DNA of 64,000 nucleotides from Antedon mediterranea. Its lineage: Eukaryota > Animalia > Echinodermata. Location: positions 10,907,812 through 10,971,811 of the forward strand of contig NC_092675.1 of NCBI RefSeq assembly GCF_964355755.1, given 5' to 3'. Every line of letters begins with the position of its first letter. Positions within the stretch are counted from its first letter, which is position 1. The position numbers and the translations under genes were made by a program. The notes beneath the pieces were generated by a model that did no database searches, had not been told where the DNA came from, and saw only the letters and a list, made by a program, of their open reading frames with translations. Positions 1-13,800 of the stretch are shown here, piece by piece.

Positions 1-1020
1 ATTCACTAATTACTATCTTTATGGTCTATTTACGCATAAAAATTATATAGATGTTAATTAAGATTAATTTATTCTTTTTGGCAGTTGATATGTTTAGTCT
101 CTAGATTTAGGCATTTTATAAGCTGATTTATCCACATCCACATATCTTTTTCACTAATTTGCTTTTACCAATAAAAGAACCGGAACCGGAACCACCGGTA
201 GGTGGCGCTTTACACGACTAAGGCATTAACGGAACACTCTCAATTACTTTCTTAGTGAAAATCAGGTAATAGAGAGGTTTCGAAATCTTAAGAATACGAT
301 AACGAAAACGGATATGTCGCGCACACGTTTTCGTTGTCGTAAGCCAGTAAAAATCTGTTTCGCATGGCAACGAAATATTGAGGGCGCCGTCCAAAATATG
401 ACTGCGGTAAATTTGAGCAAAGCGCAGGTACGTGTTGCTTGGCTGCCTAGGCCTAGTGTAACGTCAAAGCGAGTGAGGACTTTAAAAACTGCTATTTATC
501 AAAATTGACCTGGTATTTTAGTAAATTACTTTAGTAAATTACTTTCAATAAATCTATAATTATATTATAATCATGAATCATTCCTGATTTAAATGCAAAA
601 TGTGCAAAATAGATGAAAAACTATACTCTATAGAGAAAAGAAGTTCTTAGTTGATAAAACTAAGCCGTCAGACAGATAGATGCACTATCAGACTAAACAA
701 TGATGCCACATACATGACCAATGCGAGTACAGACACTATCAAAACATTCACTTCCAACATCAATATCAGTAGGTGAGAGGATGCATTCCCTGTATGTGTA
801 ATGCATCCTCTCACCACCAGAATCCTTCATCAATAACAGTAATTCTCCAAGCACAGGAACATAACACAAAAGTATGTTCAACATCAAAACAGTTCAAGAC
901 ATGTCCCAATACATTTAAATCCATTCACCATGCCTTCAACAAGTAATAGTACCTGGTCAACCTTCATCTTTTTAATTATTGTGCGGCACCACATTATAAC
1001 ACTACACAAGAACAACAATA

Positions 1021-1526
1021 TGGAAAGAATTACTAATCATCTAAAGTACCATAATCTATTCGTAAATGCGGAAAAAAACAGAATATACAGTTGTCAAACG
1101 CGATGAATCACAGTGGAAGGAAACAAAGAAGCTGGGTTCATTATAAGGAGATGCCGAACAACTAAACAGATGCAACTCACGACCCTTATCTTTAAAAATT
1201 GTTGAAGCACGATGGAAGCTTTTCGGACATAAATTGAAACATGATAGGAATACACCAGCAAATCTGGCCATAAAGTTCTACTTTACAAACACAAAACACA
1301 AAAAATACAGAGGTAGGTCTATATGCACACTTCCAGTTACAATGACATAAAAAAGGTGAACCCCTCTAGCATGATGAGGCTGGAGACAATGAAAGATGTT
1401 GACTATTTTAAAAAGTTGGCGAACAAACGAAAGGAATGGAGAAACCTGGTACAAAGAGTAAGCAAGGCATGCCCAGGCGGAGAAATCAGAAGATTACTCG
1501 GCGAAGAGGCACTAAATAAAAAATAA
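1021..1526 (+). mobile_element. Degenerate RTE-clade LINE 3' fragment (in vtg intron)
   Basis: Broken frames read TKKLGSL, RWKLFGH..DRNTPAN, YRGR and LANKRKEWRNLV, typical of RTE RT C-termini. Confidence 0.65.
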
Positions 1527-1790
1527 CAACATCTATAAATGTACAGGTAACCTTTCATCTCGGCAGACGCAACACATGGCATCTATCTCTAGTTCCGAAA
1601 AACTCTGGATCTTGGCTGAAAATTTGAGTTGAAAGGAGTAGGATTTTAATCAATGATATAATAATTTTAAATAATGATGTGTATATATAATTTACACCTG
1701 TTCTCTTGCAGAGGATCAAATAGTAATATAGGCTAGGCTGTAGCTTGTTATGTATGCTGATATAAAAATATATTATATAATTTACTGCAG

Positions 1791-4567
1791 GCTAAGCAAG
1801 AACGCACTATTGATATCATTATGAACCTACCACTTCAGTATGTACAAATCTTCAACATGACTCTTCCAACCAGAAGTGACATCATTCAAAAGAGAGTCCC
1901 ATTGGTTTATGAACAATTCCAGAGGGAAGTCACTGATAAATTCTTCCAGCGTAAGTAATTTTTCGTCATTGAAATTTTAAAATACTTAACATAACAGAAC
2001 ACAAAGGACAAATTTGGTGAATGGAATTTTTCCAACTTACTTATTTATATTTATTTGTTTTGTATTTATTTCAAAACATTTTCTACTTATACAGCCACAT
2101 GCACTGTCAATAACTTTGATAATTTCACCACATTTGATGGCGTCAACTACCGATACAGAATGCCTGTAACCTGCCCTCATATTTTGGCAAGAGACTGCTC
2201 TCCTGAACAACTGTTTACCGTTCTGCTACATAACCGCACCATGGTTGATAATACTGTCAAGAAAGTTGTCACCATTCTAGTTGAGGACAAAAAGATTATT
2301 CTAGACTCACATGACAATAAAACTATCAAGATCCAGGTAAACAATACTATATTATAATAACTTTGGCTGATACACAAATTCATTAAACCCAACGAACTAC
2401 AAAGTACCAAAAAAATGGATTCTTCTCTCTACTCAGGCATTCATTGCTCAAAATATCTTAATAATTAATTATTATAAACAGATTGATGGCGAAAACCTGT
2501 GGATTAATTCTGATAACTTGACAAGTGACTTAAGATTTGCTACCGTCAGAATGAATGTTAGCCGCACTGAGGTGAACATCACAACATCTGTTGGCTTGAC
2601 TGTCATCTACAACATTGAAAATGTTACCACAATTCTAACTCCATGGTTCTACAATCAAACCTGTGGTATGTTTTTAAATTGATTTTATATTGAAAATAAT
2701 GTATGACTATCAGATAAATTATTAATTTTTTTTAAATTTTACAATTTTCAAGAAATTAACACAAGCAAATGCAAATAAAAAAAAATTTATGACCCCACAA
2801 AATTTTAAGATACCTTGGCGAAAAATTGTCCTGCCATTTAAATACTCCTGCTATTTAAATGGCTGTGGCCATCTATATTCACAACACAAAATTGGAGGGT
2901 CATAGCTGCTAAGCCTATCTAACCACATAGTGACTGGGTTTCAAACTTTGATTGGTCATTCATTCAACAACAATTTGCTGTTAAAATACCAGGATTAATA
3001 TAGTGCCCTACAGAATCATGTATTCAAATTCGTGTGATCAAATTGATCATGTTGCTTTGTGAATAAGTTGCTTTTAACAATTCAAAGTACTGCCTCTTGT
3101 GAAATAGTATAAAAACCAATATTTTTCTTTGTAGGAATGTGTGGTGATTTCAATGGTGAAACTGCATATGAATATGTAACACCAGAAAATCAATGGACTA
3201 CAAACAGCACTAAATTTGCAATGAGTTGGTTAGTCCCTGGAGATGGCAATAAAGATGGTTGTAAGTCAAACTACTCTTTTGAAAAAGAAATCAAATATAC
3301 AGTCCTCTCCAAATAAACGCCTTGCTGTAAAGATGATTACATTTTTAACAAATTTGAGTATCAGAAAGTATCAGAAAACTTGCGACCAATAAAGTGTATA
3401 AAATGGTTGTTCAGTCAGATTCATTTTTAACACAAAATATATTGCAATGCATTAAATGTTAATAGGAACTCTCCACTATGAATATTAATTTTTAAAAGAG
3501 TGAAAATGAAAAATTCTACAGAATTAAGCATACATTTAAATATACTATAATTAAATAAGTGTAGATTATCGCTGGTGAATACTACTTACTTGTTATAGTA
3601 ATTTATTATTTATCGTTTTATCATTGATTACTTTTAGCATGCAACCTTATCAAGAATTATGTATACCCTCTGCCAGACCAAGTATTCATTGGCAAAAAAC
3701 AAGCCTTGTGCCTGAGTACTGAACCTGTATTCACCTGCCCAGAGACCTGTGTACCAGCCTTCTTACTCGACACAACAACCAGAGTTTCCAAAAATGTAAG
3801 TTGTAGAAACATGTTCAGCTATTAGTTAGGAAAGTTTGTTTCGCTGTTCACAATATTGTAATGATTGTGAATTGAAAAATAAATAATGGGCGCATGAGAT
3901 TACTATACAGTACCTCCATCCAGTTCTGGATTTATGTTCGAAATAATTCAGTACAGCATGGTCGCCAATTGCATGCTCGATCGAAGATGATCTTCTGCCC
4001 GTATATTTTTTTCGAAGATACTTTTATGATTATTTGATTATAAACTATATAATCTTTCTCTTTGCCTATTTAATCTTTTCTGTGTCTCTTAATAAATAGC
4101 CTAGTAATAATAGTTCTAGGTTTGTGTAATGAATATTTATAAGTTTAATGGTACAATTAATAATTTCATGATATGAGGTGAAAGATGAAATTCTATTTTC
4201 ACAAGGTAAAGCCCGAGTGAAATTTCAAATTTCACCTCATGAAATTATTTGTACCGTCGCACAATATAAAAACGTTCATTATTTTTTTTATATAAAATCA
4301 AATAATCTGATCATCAATAGTACATACTTTTGCATGCTATGTGACCGACCCTCTAAATGACAGGTTTTATAATTAATACTGACTTTTCCATTCATTTTTA
4401 AGGTTGGGTTTAACTGCTTTGAGACCAAAGACAGAGAGGCAGATATTGTCCAGTTCACCAAGAATGGAAAATCATTGTACAACAAGAGAGTTGACTTTAT
4501 GAAGGAGATTTCTATCCCAGATTACTGTATCTGCTCTACAACATACAACCCTAAAAGGCGTTATTAA
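1791..4567 (+). CDS. vtg: Vitellogenin-family (large lipid transfer protein) gene, 3' part: VWD domain + Cys-rich C-terminus; 5' exons lie upstream of the window
   Basis: Six GT-AG exons join in frame: 1791-1950, 2095-2336, 2482-2665, 3135-3260, 3638-3795, 4403-4567 (1035 nt, 344 aa + TAA). Translation contains the VWD start TCTVNNFDNFTTFDGVNY..CPHILARDCS and the motif PWFYNQTCGMCGDFNGE..FAMSW. It ends with a vitellogenin-type tail CLSTEPVFTCPETC..VGFNCF..CIC. AATAAA at 4785-4790. Vtg versus another LLTP paralog is an inference. Confidence 0.85.
4127..4281. mobile_element. Palindromic MITE (~155 bp) in last vtg intron
   Basis: Imperfect foldback TAATGAA..GGTACAA..AATTTCATGA..GAGGTGAAA / TTTCACCTCATGAAATT..TTGTACC..TTCATTA. 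Confidence 0.7.
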
Positions 4568-6859
4568 ATATGCAATAACCTCTGCAGCTTAACTCATTCA
4601 AAGTATGATTCGTCTGTGTAAATAGTATGCAGTACGTATTCACTTTCTGATTTAATTTTAAATTATTGAACATTCCCACCAAAACTTGATCTTTCTTTTA
4701 TTCTACTTGTAAAGTTGTTTACAAATGAATTTTGAATAACAACCATTGTCAGCTTCATTTCAGTATTATAGATAATGAAAAGTGAATAAATGTTTCAATC
4801 ATGAATTTTTTTTATCAATCTTGTTGAGCCAATTTGCAGTTTTAGTTGCTATAACTGTATGTAGGAATAGGAAGCTGCTTAAATTTTATATTACCTGGAA
4901 CATGGCAAATTAATTAAAAACATTATTGCTTTTATTATTATATTGAAAATATTATCGCTTACATTTTATGGTGAATCGTAAAATGTCTCATTACATGCAT
5001 AATAGAAGCGCTTTGAAGGAGGTAGAGCAAATTTGACTAAATGTGATAGTGTGTACCGTTTCTTTTTCGAAAAACTCCTATGATTTTCCATAAATCTAAA
5101 TGGTTTACTAGCATTAGTAGCCGTCTTCAACGGGTGTGAGTCTCGCTGATTTTAACCGCGCCGAGAAAACATAACAAACAAACAACTAAAAGTAAGTAGC
5201 AGGAAACACAAAAGGGAACTACTGTAAATCCCTATGCCAAGAGCCTGTGAATCCTCTTACCAGGTTGCACATAAAGATAAAATGTAGCATTTCAATCAAT
5301 ATATCAGAAAATATCCACACATATATATAAAAAAAACCATTCAAAAAAATTTTTAAAAAGCAGATAAGTAAAAACTCTGTACTCAGAGTAGAAATTCATT
5401 TTAAATTTAAACAAAAATGTAGGAAAATTATCCATTAAGAATGAATTGTCAAACGTATGTAAAATAATATGCAAGAATTGCAATTGAAGTCTCATTTTTT
5501 ATGTTTTAAATCCATTTCTACACAAAGGATTAAAAGAAAGTTTAAACTAACATACGTCTGGTAGGCTAAATGCTTATTATAAACATGCAATTTATGCGGT
5601 CAGTAAAATTCATTGTAACAAAATTAACTACAACATTTTACACTATATTTTAAATACACTTGCAAGTGTTACATACGTCCGAAATCAAAAAGAAAGTCCA
5701 CTGTTATTTATCAATTTGCGAAAGTATTGCTAGAATATATTGAAAGAATTGAAAATGGTGGTACATCTGCAAATAATTAAATATTATTTTAAATAATGAT
5801 TACCATACAGTACTGAAATACAATGCAAATACAAATAAGATATAAAATTAGACGCTTTTATCTGTATTCATGTACTTTAACACTTATTTAACTGAGGACT
5901 TTCATTACAAAAGTGGATAGACAAAATCAAAAACTAACATAGCTTTAGTATATGGGGACCAAATGTTAAGGCATGTAACGTTTAATCAATAAACTGGAAA
6001 TAAGCAGACTTGGGTGATCCAACATTGACAATCCCGAATACGATGATACAATATGACTTGTAGGTACAGTATCTCTCATGTAAACTGATGTAAGCACTGC
6101 AAAGTAAAATTCAGGGCTAGAGTATATGCCTAGAATAAAAACGTAGCAAATGGTTATATTAATGAACACGAATAATTGTTACAATACAGGTGGCATAGCC
6201 AATGTACAATTTTGCAAGCTAAGAATAAAAGAAAACGAATAAACGTAGAGCCACAATATACATAAATCATCCTAAAAATGTTTATTATTACAAATGGAAG
6301 TGAACTCAAGTAATCCACCACATGGCTTTTCTTTTACTTAAAAATTGTGCCTACCCTATCGACTCACCAACGGTAATGCTGCCATTTTTTCTCGGTTCCT
6401 GCTTTTATAGTATTAATGATGCCCTCTGGAAATTCCACATTTCATAGCCTTTTGATCCAGAGGTAATTTTTAAAATATTTAGTAATAATAATTTAATAAA
6501 TGTTTGGTTTACAAACTTTTTATATAGACCAAGACCATATCCGTTTCAAGAGATTGATTTTACAGAATTCACACCATTCAGGGGTTGTATCGTGGCGTGC
6601 ATAGAGGACAAACTGTTTGTGTTTGCCTTTATATGTATATATAGATATACTGTACTTAGATATGCCACAAAATAGATACAATTCACCTCTATAAACATAC
6701 TTCAGATGATACAATGCATGTTGTGTTGGCACTGAAAACATTATTCTTCTTACGTTCTGCCTTTTTCGTTCATTGATTTTCTGCAACTTGGTCAACATTG
6801 GATCTTTGCTTGAAAACGTTTTATAAGACTTCAGATTTGTTCAGCATGTACAGTGTAGC

Positions 6860-7110
6860 ATAGAGGAAATTATAAGAAGGTGGGCACATTAATGTCAGAG
6901 CAAGGTGTCATCTGCTATGATAGTGAAAATGCAGGGACCAGTGTGCCTACAGGGAATATACCGAAGAGCAAACTTTGAGAAGGGGATGGAAGGATTGCCC
7001 ATACCATGGAGAAGTCTAGTATTTCTAGGTGAGAGTTCATATTCAGGGATTAACATTATGCCTACTCTAATAAGTAATCGAAAAGAATGGGGATACGCTA
7101 GTCTAATCAT
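6860..7110 (-). mobile_element. Highly decayed LINE RT remnant
   Basis: Minus strand reads ..GPCIFTIIADD.., resembling the GVPQG..GP..F...DD RT core; frameshifted. Confidence 0.35.
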
Positions 7111-8959
7111 TATGGTGGTAGCCTAAAAAATTACCTCCATGATCATGATGGCCTACTACTACCAAATTAATTAATGACAAATATTATGTATGTCACGGCA
7201 TCAATTTTGCTGGGCTAAAATAAAAAATGCCTGGCCAGGATAAGGCCTACTGCAGCTAGTCAATAATTCAAAGAAAACAAATTACCACAAATCAGCTGAG
7301 GACAAAGTAATTAGGAAAAAAAAAAGTTTTTCAAAATCCATAAATAATAAGAAAACTAAGTTCTTGGCTACATTGTGTCAAGGTCTGTTCTTTTGCACAA
7401 TTGCTTTTACTGTTGATACAGTAGTTTTTATTCAGTATTTATATATGTACAGTATTTTTGACATTGACTGCAAAATCAAGAAACTGAAGCATGTTCAAGC
7501 TAAACATCACATTTTTAAACGTAACCATCTTTGTTTCTCAACAGCATATAGTATAATTATAAACAATATATTTCTGTTGGAGATGCAACTCCATTATTAT
7601 ACCATAACATTCATTTTTCAATGTTCTATTTGTATATTGTCAACATCCAACTATTTTACTTGCAATGCTCCATGAGCAATTACAGTTAATATTTTGTTTT
7701 GTTCTTCATTGCATATTATAAAATACCATGTATATAAATATATTGCATCATATAACACAACAGTAGTAATGATTAACATTTTTGCTTTATATATTATTTA
7801 GTTAATATTAAAATATTCCATTATCACATACCCTTTTAAACTGTTTCTGTTTGTTGACAAATATTTCATTTAAAAGTCCCTCTCACAAAACTCTGCTAGG
7901 TATCTTCCCCTTCCAAACATTATAGTAAAATCTAATAATCTTTAAATCTAGCCTCACATTAAAATGTACAGTATATAGTTTACCCAAAAGCACCATTTGA
8001 ACAATATAATGTTCTCTAACTTAAACAAACAATAATATAGTTAATTCTAATTAAAATGTTATACAGTATTGTGTTATTGCTATATTTATTTGGACATTAG
8101 GAAAAAAAAATACACAAGGTGTCTTACTATTGCAGTTCAGTATATTGATAGTATAGACAGTTTATCACCATTTACTAATTCATTATGTATAAAGTACAGA
8201 GTTATTCACTTGACTTTTTACTCTTAAGACTATATTTTACTGTTAATATCATAATTTTATGAAAAATAATAAAATCATATGGACGTCAAAAAAATTTCTG
8301 AAGGGTTTATAGTACTGAATAACTCCAGCCCGGTACAAAGTCACCAAGCATTTTGCTAAAGCTACTTTATTAGCGATATATATTAGTGATATAATTATCC
8401 CATTTAAAGTATCATATTCATACCTTCACTTGCATAGGCCTACGTAAAAGAGTTTGCTTTAATACCAAGAATAGACAAACATAGAACAAATATTTTACTT
8501 GGCAATACAGTACTTTCAAAAAGGTCAATAATTTGAGTAACATAGATAACAACATATCAGCTTTATTTCAGTTACGATACCGTAAACAATACATACAGTA
8601 TTGAAAAAAGCAAATGTCTTCCTCACAGGGCGACTTGCAATAATTAAAGCAGCTAGGCAATTTGTGGCAGTATATACTGTATACATTCTGTCTTTGTGAC
8701 TCGCAGGCAATATTAAGCAGAAAATTAATAAAAACTAAATTTTATACAAAATAAATGCAAGTTCATCATTGAAGTTTAGCTCAATTCTGACAATGCAATT
8801 CCATATATCAACAATATTTACAAATTTTATTCTATCAATCACCTTTTAATAATAATAATCTTTAATAATGCTATACATTTCCAAATAAACCAAAATGGTC
8901 AATTAAATATTATGTTAACCTTACACCTCTTGTGAGCACATTTCAACAACAATATCATA

Positions 8960-9215
8960 TGCCAAAAAATACCAGTGCAATCAATAAACCTTCTGCAGTA
9001 TTGCGTCTGCCTCTCTAAATATTTACTTACTCTAAATAATCCCTCACTATACGGAAATTTGAACATAACAAAGAGGAGGCTATTGAATAGAGATGAAATA
9101 CATACATGGGATAGAGGTTGCTTCCAGAAGACACGATACTGCATAATGTTTATTGTCGCTAGACATAATACTGCTCGTGTGGGTGATCCAACACTGTGCA
9201 ATGCAGTCCTGATTT
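8960..9215 (-). mobile_element. Decayed CR1/L2-like LINE C-terminal remnant
   Basis: PYSEGL..YLERQTQYCRRF resembles the YSGALEFLKLETLAQRRVEHCRKF tail of the LINE at 41462-41728. Confidence 0.35.
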
Positions 9216-9486
9216 TCAAAATCTAGTATGTAGTGCATTAAGCCTAAGAATATCTACTAAAGTCTACAAAGCTAGTTATTTTCAGAAAATGTATAATTTT
9301 GACTTTTGAGTGAATGTTTTAGTCAGTTGTTCTATTTCTTGATTTATATGTGTGCTAAAATACTTTTCAACCACCACTTCAATTTTGATAAATGAAAAAA
9401 TGTGTGTTGCTAATATTTCTACTGTTTCCCAAACACAAATTAATCGTAAAAAAATATCTTTTAATATAAATTAACACATTAGCAAT

Positions 9487-9680
9487 GTGCTTCTTTCTTT
9501 CATGCTCAAGATCAGCAAACGGGACCGAAAGACAAATAAATGGATCAGGAGCATGACCCAAGTAACTGAAGCTAATAAAGCTAATAACAGAATATATTGT
9601 TCAAGACATCCAGGAAGGCAAAAAACAAGGTGGACAGATGAAATAACCAAATTCCTAGATGTCACCTGGAGTTTCAGTTT
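9487..9680 (+). mobile_element. RTE-clade LINE C-terminal fragment
   Basis: ISKRDRKTNKWIRSMTQV and RHPGRQKTRWTDEI are RTE-type motifs, joined by an internal deletion. Confidence 0.7.
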
Positions 9681-10884
9681 AATTTTGTAAACAGATGGTG
9701 CTTTCAAAAAAGCAGATTGATATTTTATATCCTGAATATTAACTCTTGTTTAAACATGGATGTTAACTAAATGTCTTTTTCAATAAAAATACACAAATAA
9801 TTATTTTAATTTTGATCACTTAAGATAACTCTATAGAACATACTCATTTAAGATTGGTTCACAATTGAATGCAACGTAATGGTGTAGAGAAAACGCAAGT
9901 AAGTTCCAATCACAGTTTCAGTGATCTATCGCATAGTCAAATTACCACAATATCATTTTTTGTGGTAATTGTAAGAAATGCATAATAAATCCTACTGTTT
10001 TTTTTTGTCTATTGCAAGTTTTAAAAACAAGGCAATGGCTTAAAGCTATACTACTATTTTAAAATTAATAAATAAACAAAACATTTTTCAGCCATTTTAG
10101 GAGACATAAAAAACAATGTGGAGTGTCCATCTTCTTTCATAATCAAATGTATTTAAGAACTTATTAAATACACAGTACTTGGAGATGTTTTTTAAATTAA
10201 AAAATATAGAGATCCTATATACTTGAACATACAAACAGGTATACAGCATATAAGAGCACTTTAAACGGAAGACCTATGACTTTTTTAGGATTTTCAGCTT
10301 AGATTGTAATTATTAGTAAATAAAAAAAACTAATAAACAGAAATAGCAAACAATAGCTATTTTGAACTAGTATGAATTTTCAAATATAAATAGTGCCTAA
10401 AAGGTACACAAGCAAGGCGAGCATAGGGAGTTCCCACATATGTGTTCTTGAATATTGTAATAAAGCGTTGGCGTAAATAACTGGAAGTTTTAAAATGTAT
10501 GCAAGCCTGTGTACCTCAGGACTATACCTGTCATCCACACAGAGCAAAAAAATACAGAAACGATTTATGTACTCACATTTGCCCTTACGTATATACATAT
10601 ACATACGGATAAGAAAACAAAAAATATAGAAACACATTAGGCATAGGACATTAATTCTAAACCGGCCGGTTATATACTTAAATTTGAAACGATACAAACA
10701 GTAATCAATTGGTCTCAGGTAGTATATTAAAAAATATTTGAGCATTTTCCTAAATAAGGTACTGTTTGGTTTTTTGTTTTCTTTTGGTCTGTTCCAAATG
10801 ATCCAGCTTCAAGTTGCAAATGACCTTTTCCAATATTTTTTTTTTAGCAAGATTTCTGGCAAGAATTAAAAATTGTTCATTGCG

Positions 10885-13800
10885 TTACCTAACCTCTTCA
10901 AGTTCACCACCCCATTTCAGTCTGTATGTTTGATTTCGCCATGTTACAGTTGTTTTCATCATACCTTTCATGAATAAATATGGCGTCATCAACTCACGAT
11001 AAAGCCAGGCAACCACAAAATCAAACTTTGAAAAATTAAGCTTATCATTCTAGAATAAAAAGAACAATAAGAACCATTGATATAATAATATTCTATTTCT
11101 TAACATCCTAATATAAAAAATTAGCAATGATTTATTACATAACACTATTTTTGGTAACCTCACACCTTCTTCACTCTAGTATTAGTAATTGCCAACAGAT
11201 GGTGCTCGAATACATGTTTATAAGTCTGTTTCTGCTGCATAACGCAAATTAACCGTTTATTTTAGATTAAGGACAGATTAAAAATAACAAGAATGCCTTG
11301 CTGCTCAATTTGTGCTCCGAAATAACCGGTTAAATCAGTGGGTGGTCGTCGACCCAAAATGTCATCATTACACAAAATGCAATACGCTCAGACGCAAGTT
11401 GGCTGTTTGTTTACATCGATGTCAGTACATCTCATATATGTTAAAATAATAAAATATTAAGTTTTGTTTTTTGTAAAGCCTACTTACCATCGTTAATAAC
11501 ATTAATTCTCATGGCACCTTCAATAAAATGGGGAGGGTCGTGCAGCGCCCCATCGTCTAGGTTAATTATTATCTAGCCTAATTCCTCATAAACAGGCGAT
11601 GTCATACGGCCCCTTCCCACCGGAACGACTGTTGTCTTACGCGAGCGCGGCCCTACTAAACACAAAACGGAAACAAAAACAAGACTCAATACCTACCAAA
11701 CGAGAGTAGATAATTAATTAATTATGAAAACCAAACTTCTATAACAAAAATTGTCAAAATTGATGAGTTTAGCCACAAAAACTCAAACCAAACAAGAGTA
11801 TTTAAGCCATAGAATATGGCAGGCACATAGTGCCTTTAATAGAACAATGAGTATTGAACACTATTTCGTATATTTATGTACTCAATTGAAATAAATCGCA
11901 TTTCTATGCTTAATAAAATCATATTTAATAACCTGATAACCTTTGTTTTCAGTCAATGTGATGTTTTTCTAAAAAATTATATTATGTAAAACGATCAAAG
12001 TAAGATTGTTCATCATTCTCCTATTAAAGGCACAAAGGGCGTGCCATAAATACGCTTGTTTGGTTTTTGTTGCTAAATTCATCATTTTTAACATAAATTC
12101 GGACTATTTTTGCTATAAAATGTGGGTTTTCATAATTAACCATTATCTACTCTTGTTTGGTAGGTATTTGCAACATTCTGAGTTCCCTTTGTTTCCGTTT
12201 GGTGTTTATAGGACCATACCCTTCGCCAGCATGTATTGACGCCTCCAATTTTTTAGCTTGTTTGTTACTTGGGTAGTCTGGAACTTTCTCTTCCCCCCAC
12301 AACTGAATAACATATCTAGTTATTTAGTTCATCCACATACATTTTTACTTCTTCATACGACTGTCAAAACCATGAGGAAAACACACATGGTACGCGGCGG
12401 TATCTGACCCAAGGTCACAACCTTTAATTCGTGTTGCAGCTAAAAATTGCTTAACGATAACTGGTTAAACACCGAATTGAATGGGTGTTTTTGTCCAGTA
12501 ATTTTTACTGCCTTTTAACCGGTTACCACAAATTTGTCCTGTTTCTGAAAATGGAGTTAATTTATTCACACAGATTTTTAACCGGTTATTTTTATGCAGT
12601 AGAAACAGGCCCTATATTGTTATGAATTTGATGCCAAGGTGAGGTGAGGTGATATTTATTAACTACAAGTAATATTTTTTTTTAAATGGTAATTAGTTTG
12701 TAGCCTAGTAGTTTTTATTTGGTGGTCTAGCTATACTAGACCGAACAAGTCCATCACATTGACATGAGATATGTTGTTCTAATTCAAGCATGTTTATTTT
12801 AGAATAGAATTTAATAGCATAATATAGCATTATATAATATCATACAATAATACTATAGTATTGTATTTGACGGGGTTGATTATAATTTATTTCTTCTTAA
12901 AAATGCTTTAAAAAAAAATATACCTGTACAATCCTGAGTTGTATAAAACCCAATAGCATCCATGTTGATATGTGTGATAAAAAGAAGAGAATAGGATCCA
13001 AGCCAAACAAGTAGTTAAAACTCCAGGAGTTCCATATACCAAGAGCTATTGACTCTGTGATTGGTTCTGCTATAAGTATTGTTGGCACAGTTGAAATTCG
13101 TATCTGTGTCCATCTAACAAATTTAGTAGTACATTCATTAATATTACTTTCAATTTGGAATTAAGCCATTCCTCCTATGTGAAGTTTATGTTTATATTGA
13201 GAATACAATAGACTCCAACACTGCTTAATGTACAGTCAGCAATGGCTGCTGAATGAGAATTAGTAAAGAAAATGAACATGTGACGGTAATTTAAATCAAT
13301 TGATTTAAGAACATAAATTATGATTTGAGCGCACTGTGTATCGTAAAATAACATTGTTAAAATAATCTGTTGCGTGTGTTCTGCGCCGTGGAAGTGTCTA
13401 CTGTAAATAAAGTACACCCTCACATACCTTATCATCCTTTTCTGGAAATTTTCTAGTGATGAGATCCCACTATTCTGTAATACTGGAAGAGAACTCAGCT
13501 GTTGCTTATATCCACTACAAGAACAATATTTTAATAACATTTTAATACAATATTGTATGTGTAGTAATTGCATCTCAGGTATATATTAATCAACACTTAA
13601 TAATATTATACAAGTTCTTGTATAGCGCAGATTTCTTTTTATTTGAAATATTTTCCATGATAGATCATTGATTATGTCATCACCATGTGTTGTTTTATAA
13701 TTAAAATTATTTGTACCAATGCGTGCAGCTCTTTGTGTATTTTCATTTGATTCTGCATGCTACCGTTACCGTTAAAAATTACAGAAATAAATATAAAAAG

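Noticed and set aside
693-887. ORF possibly a vtg exon or LINE endonuclease remnant
   Set aside because: Wrong strand for vtg and too degraded to assign.
10380-10745. 121-aa minus-strand ORF after the UGCG stop
   Set aside because: Low-complexity AT-rich composition with no motif; most likely 3' UTR.
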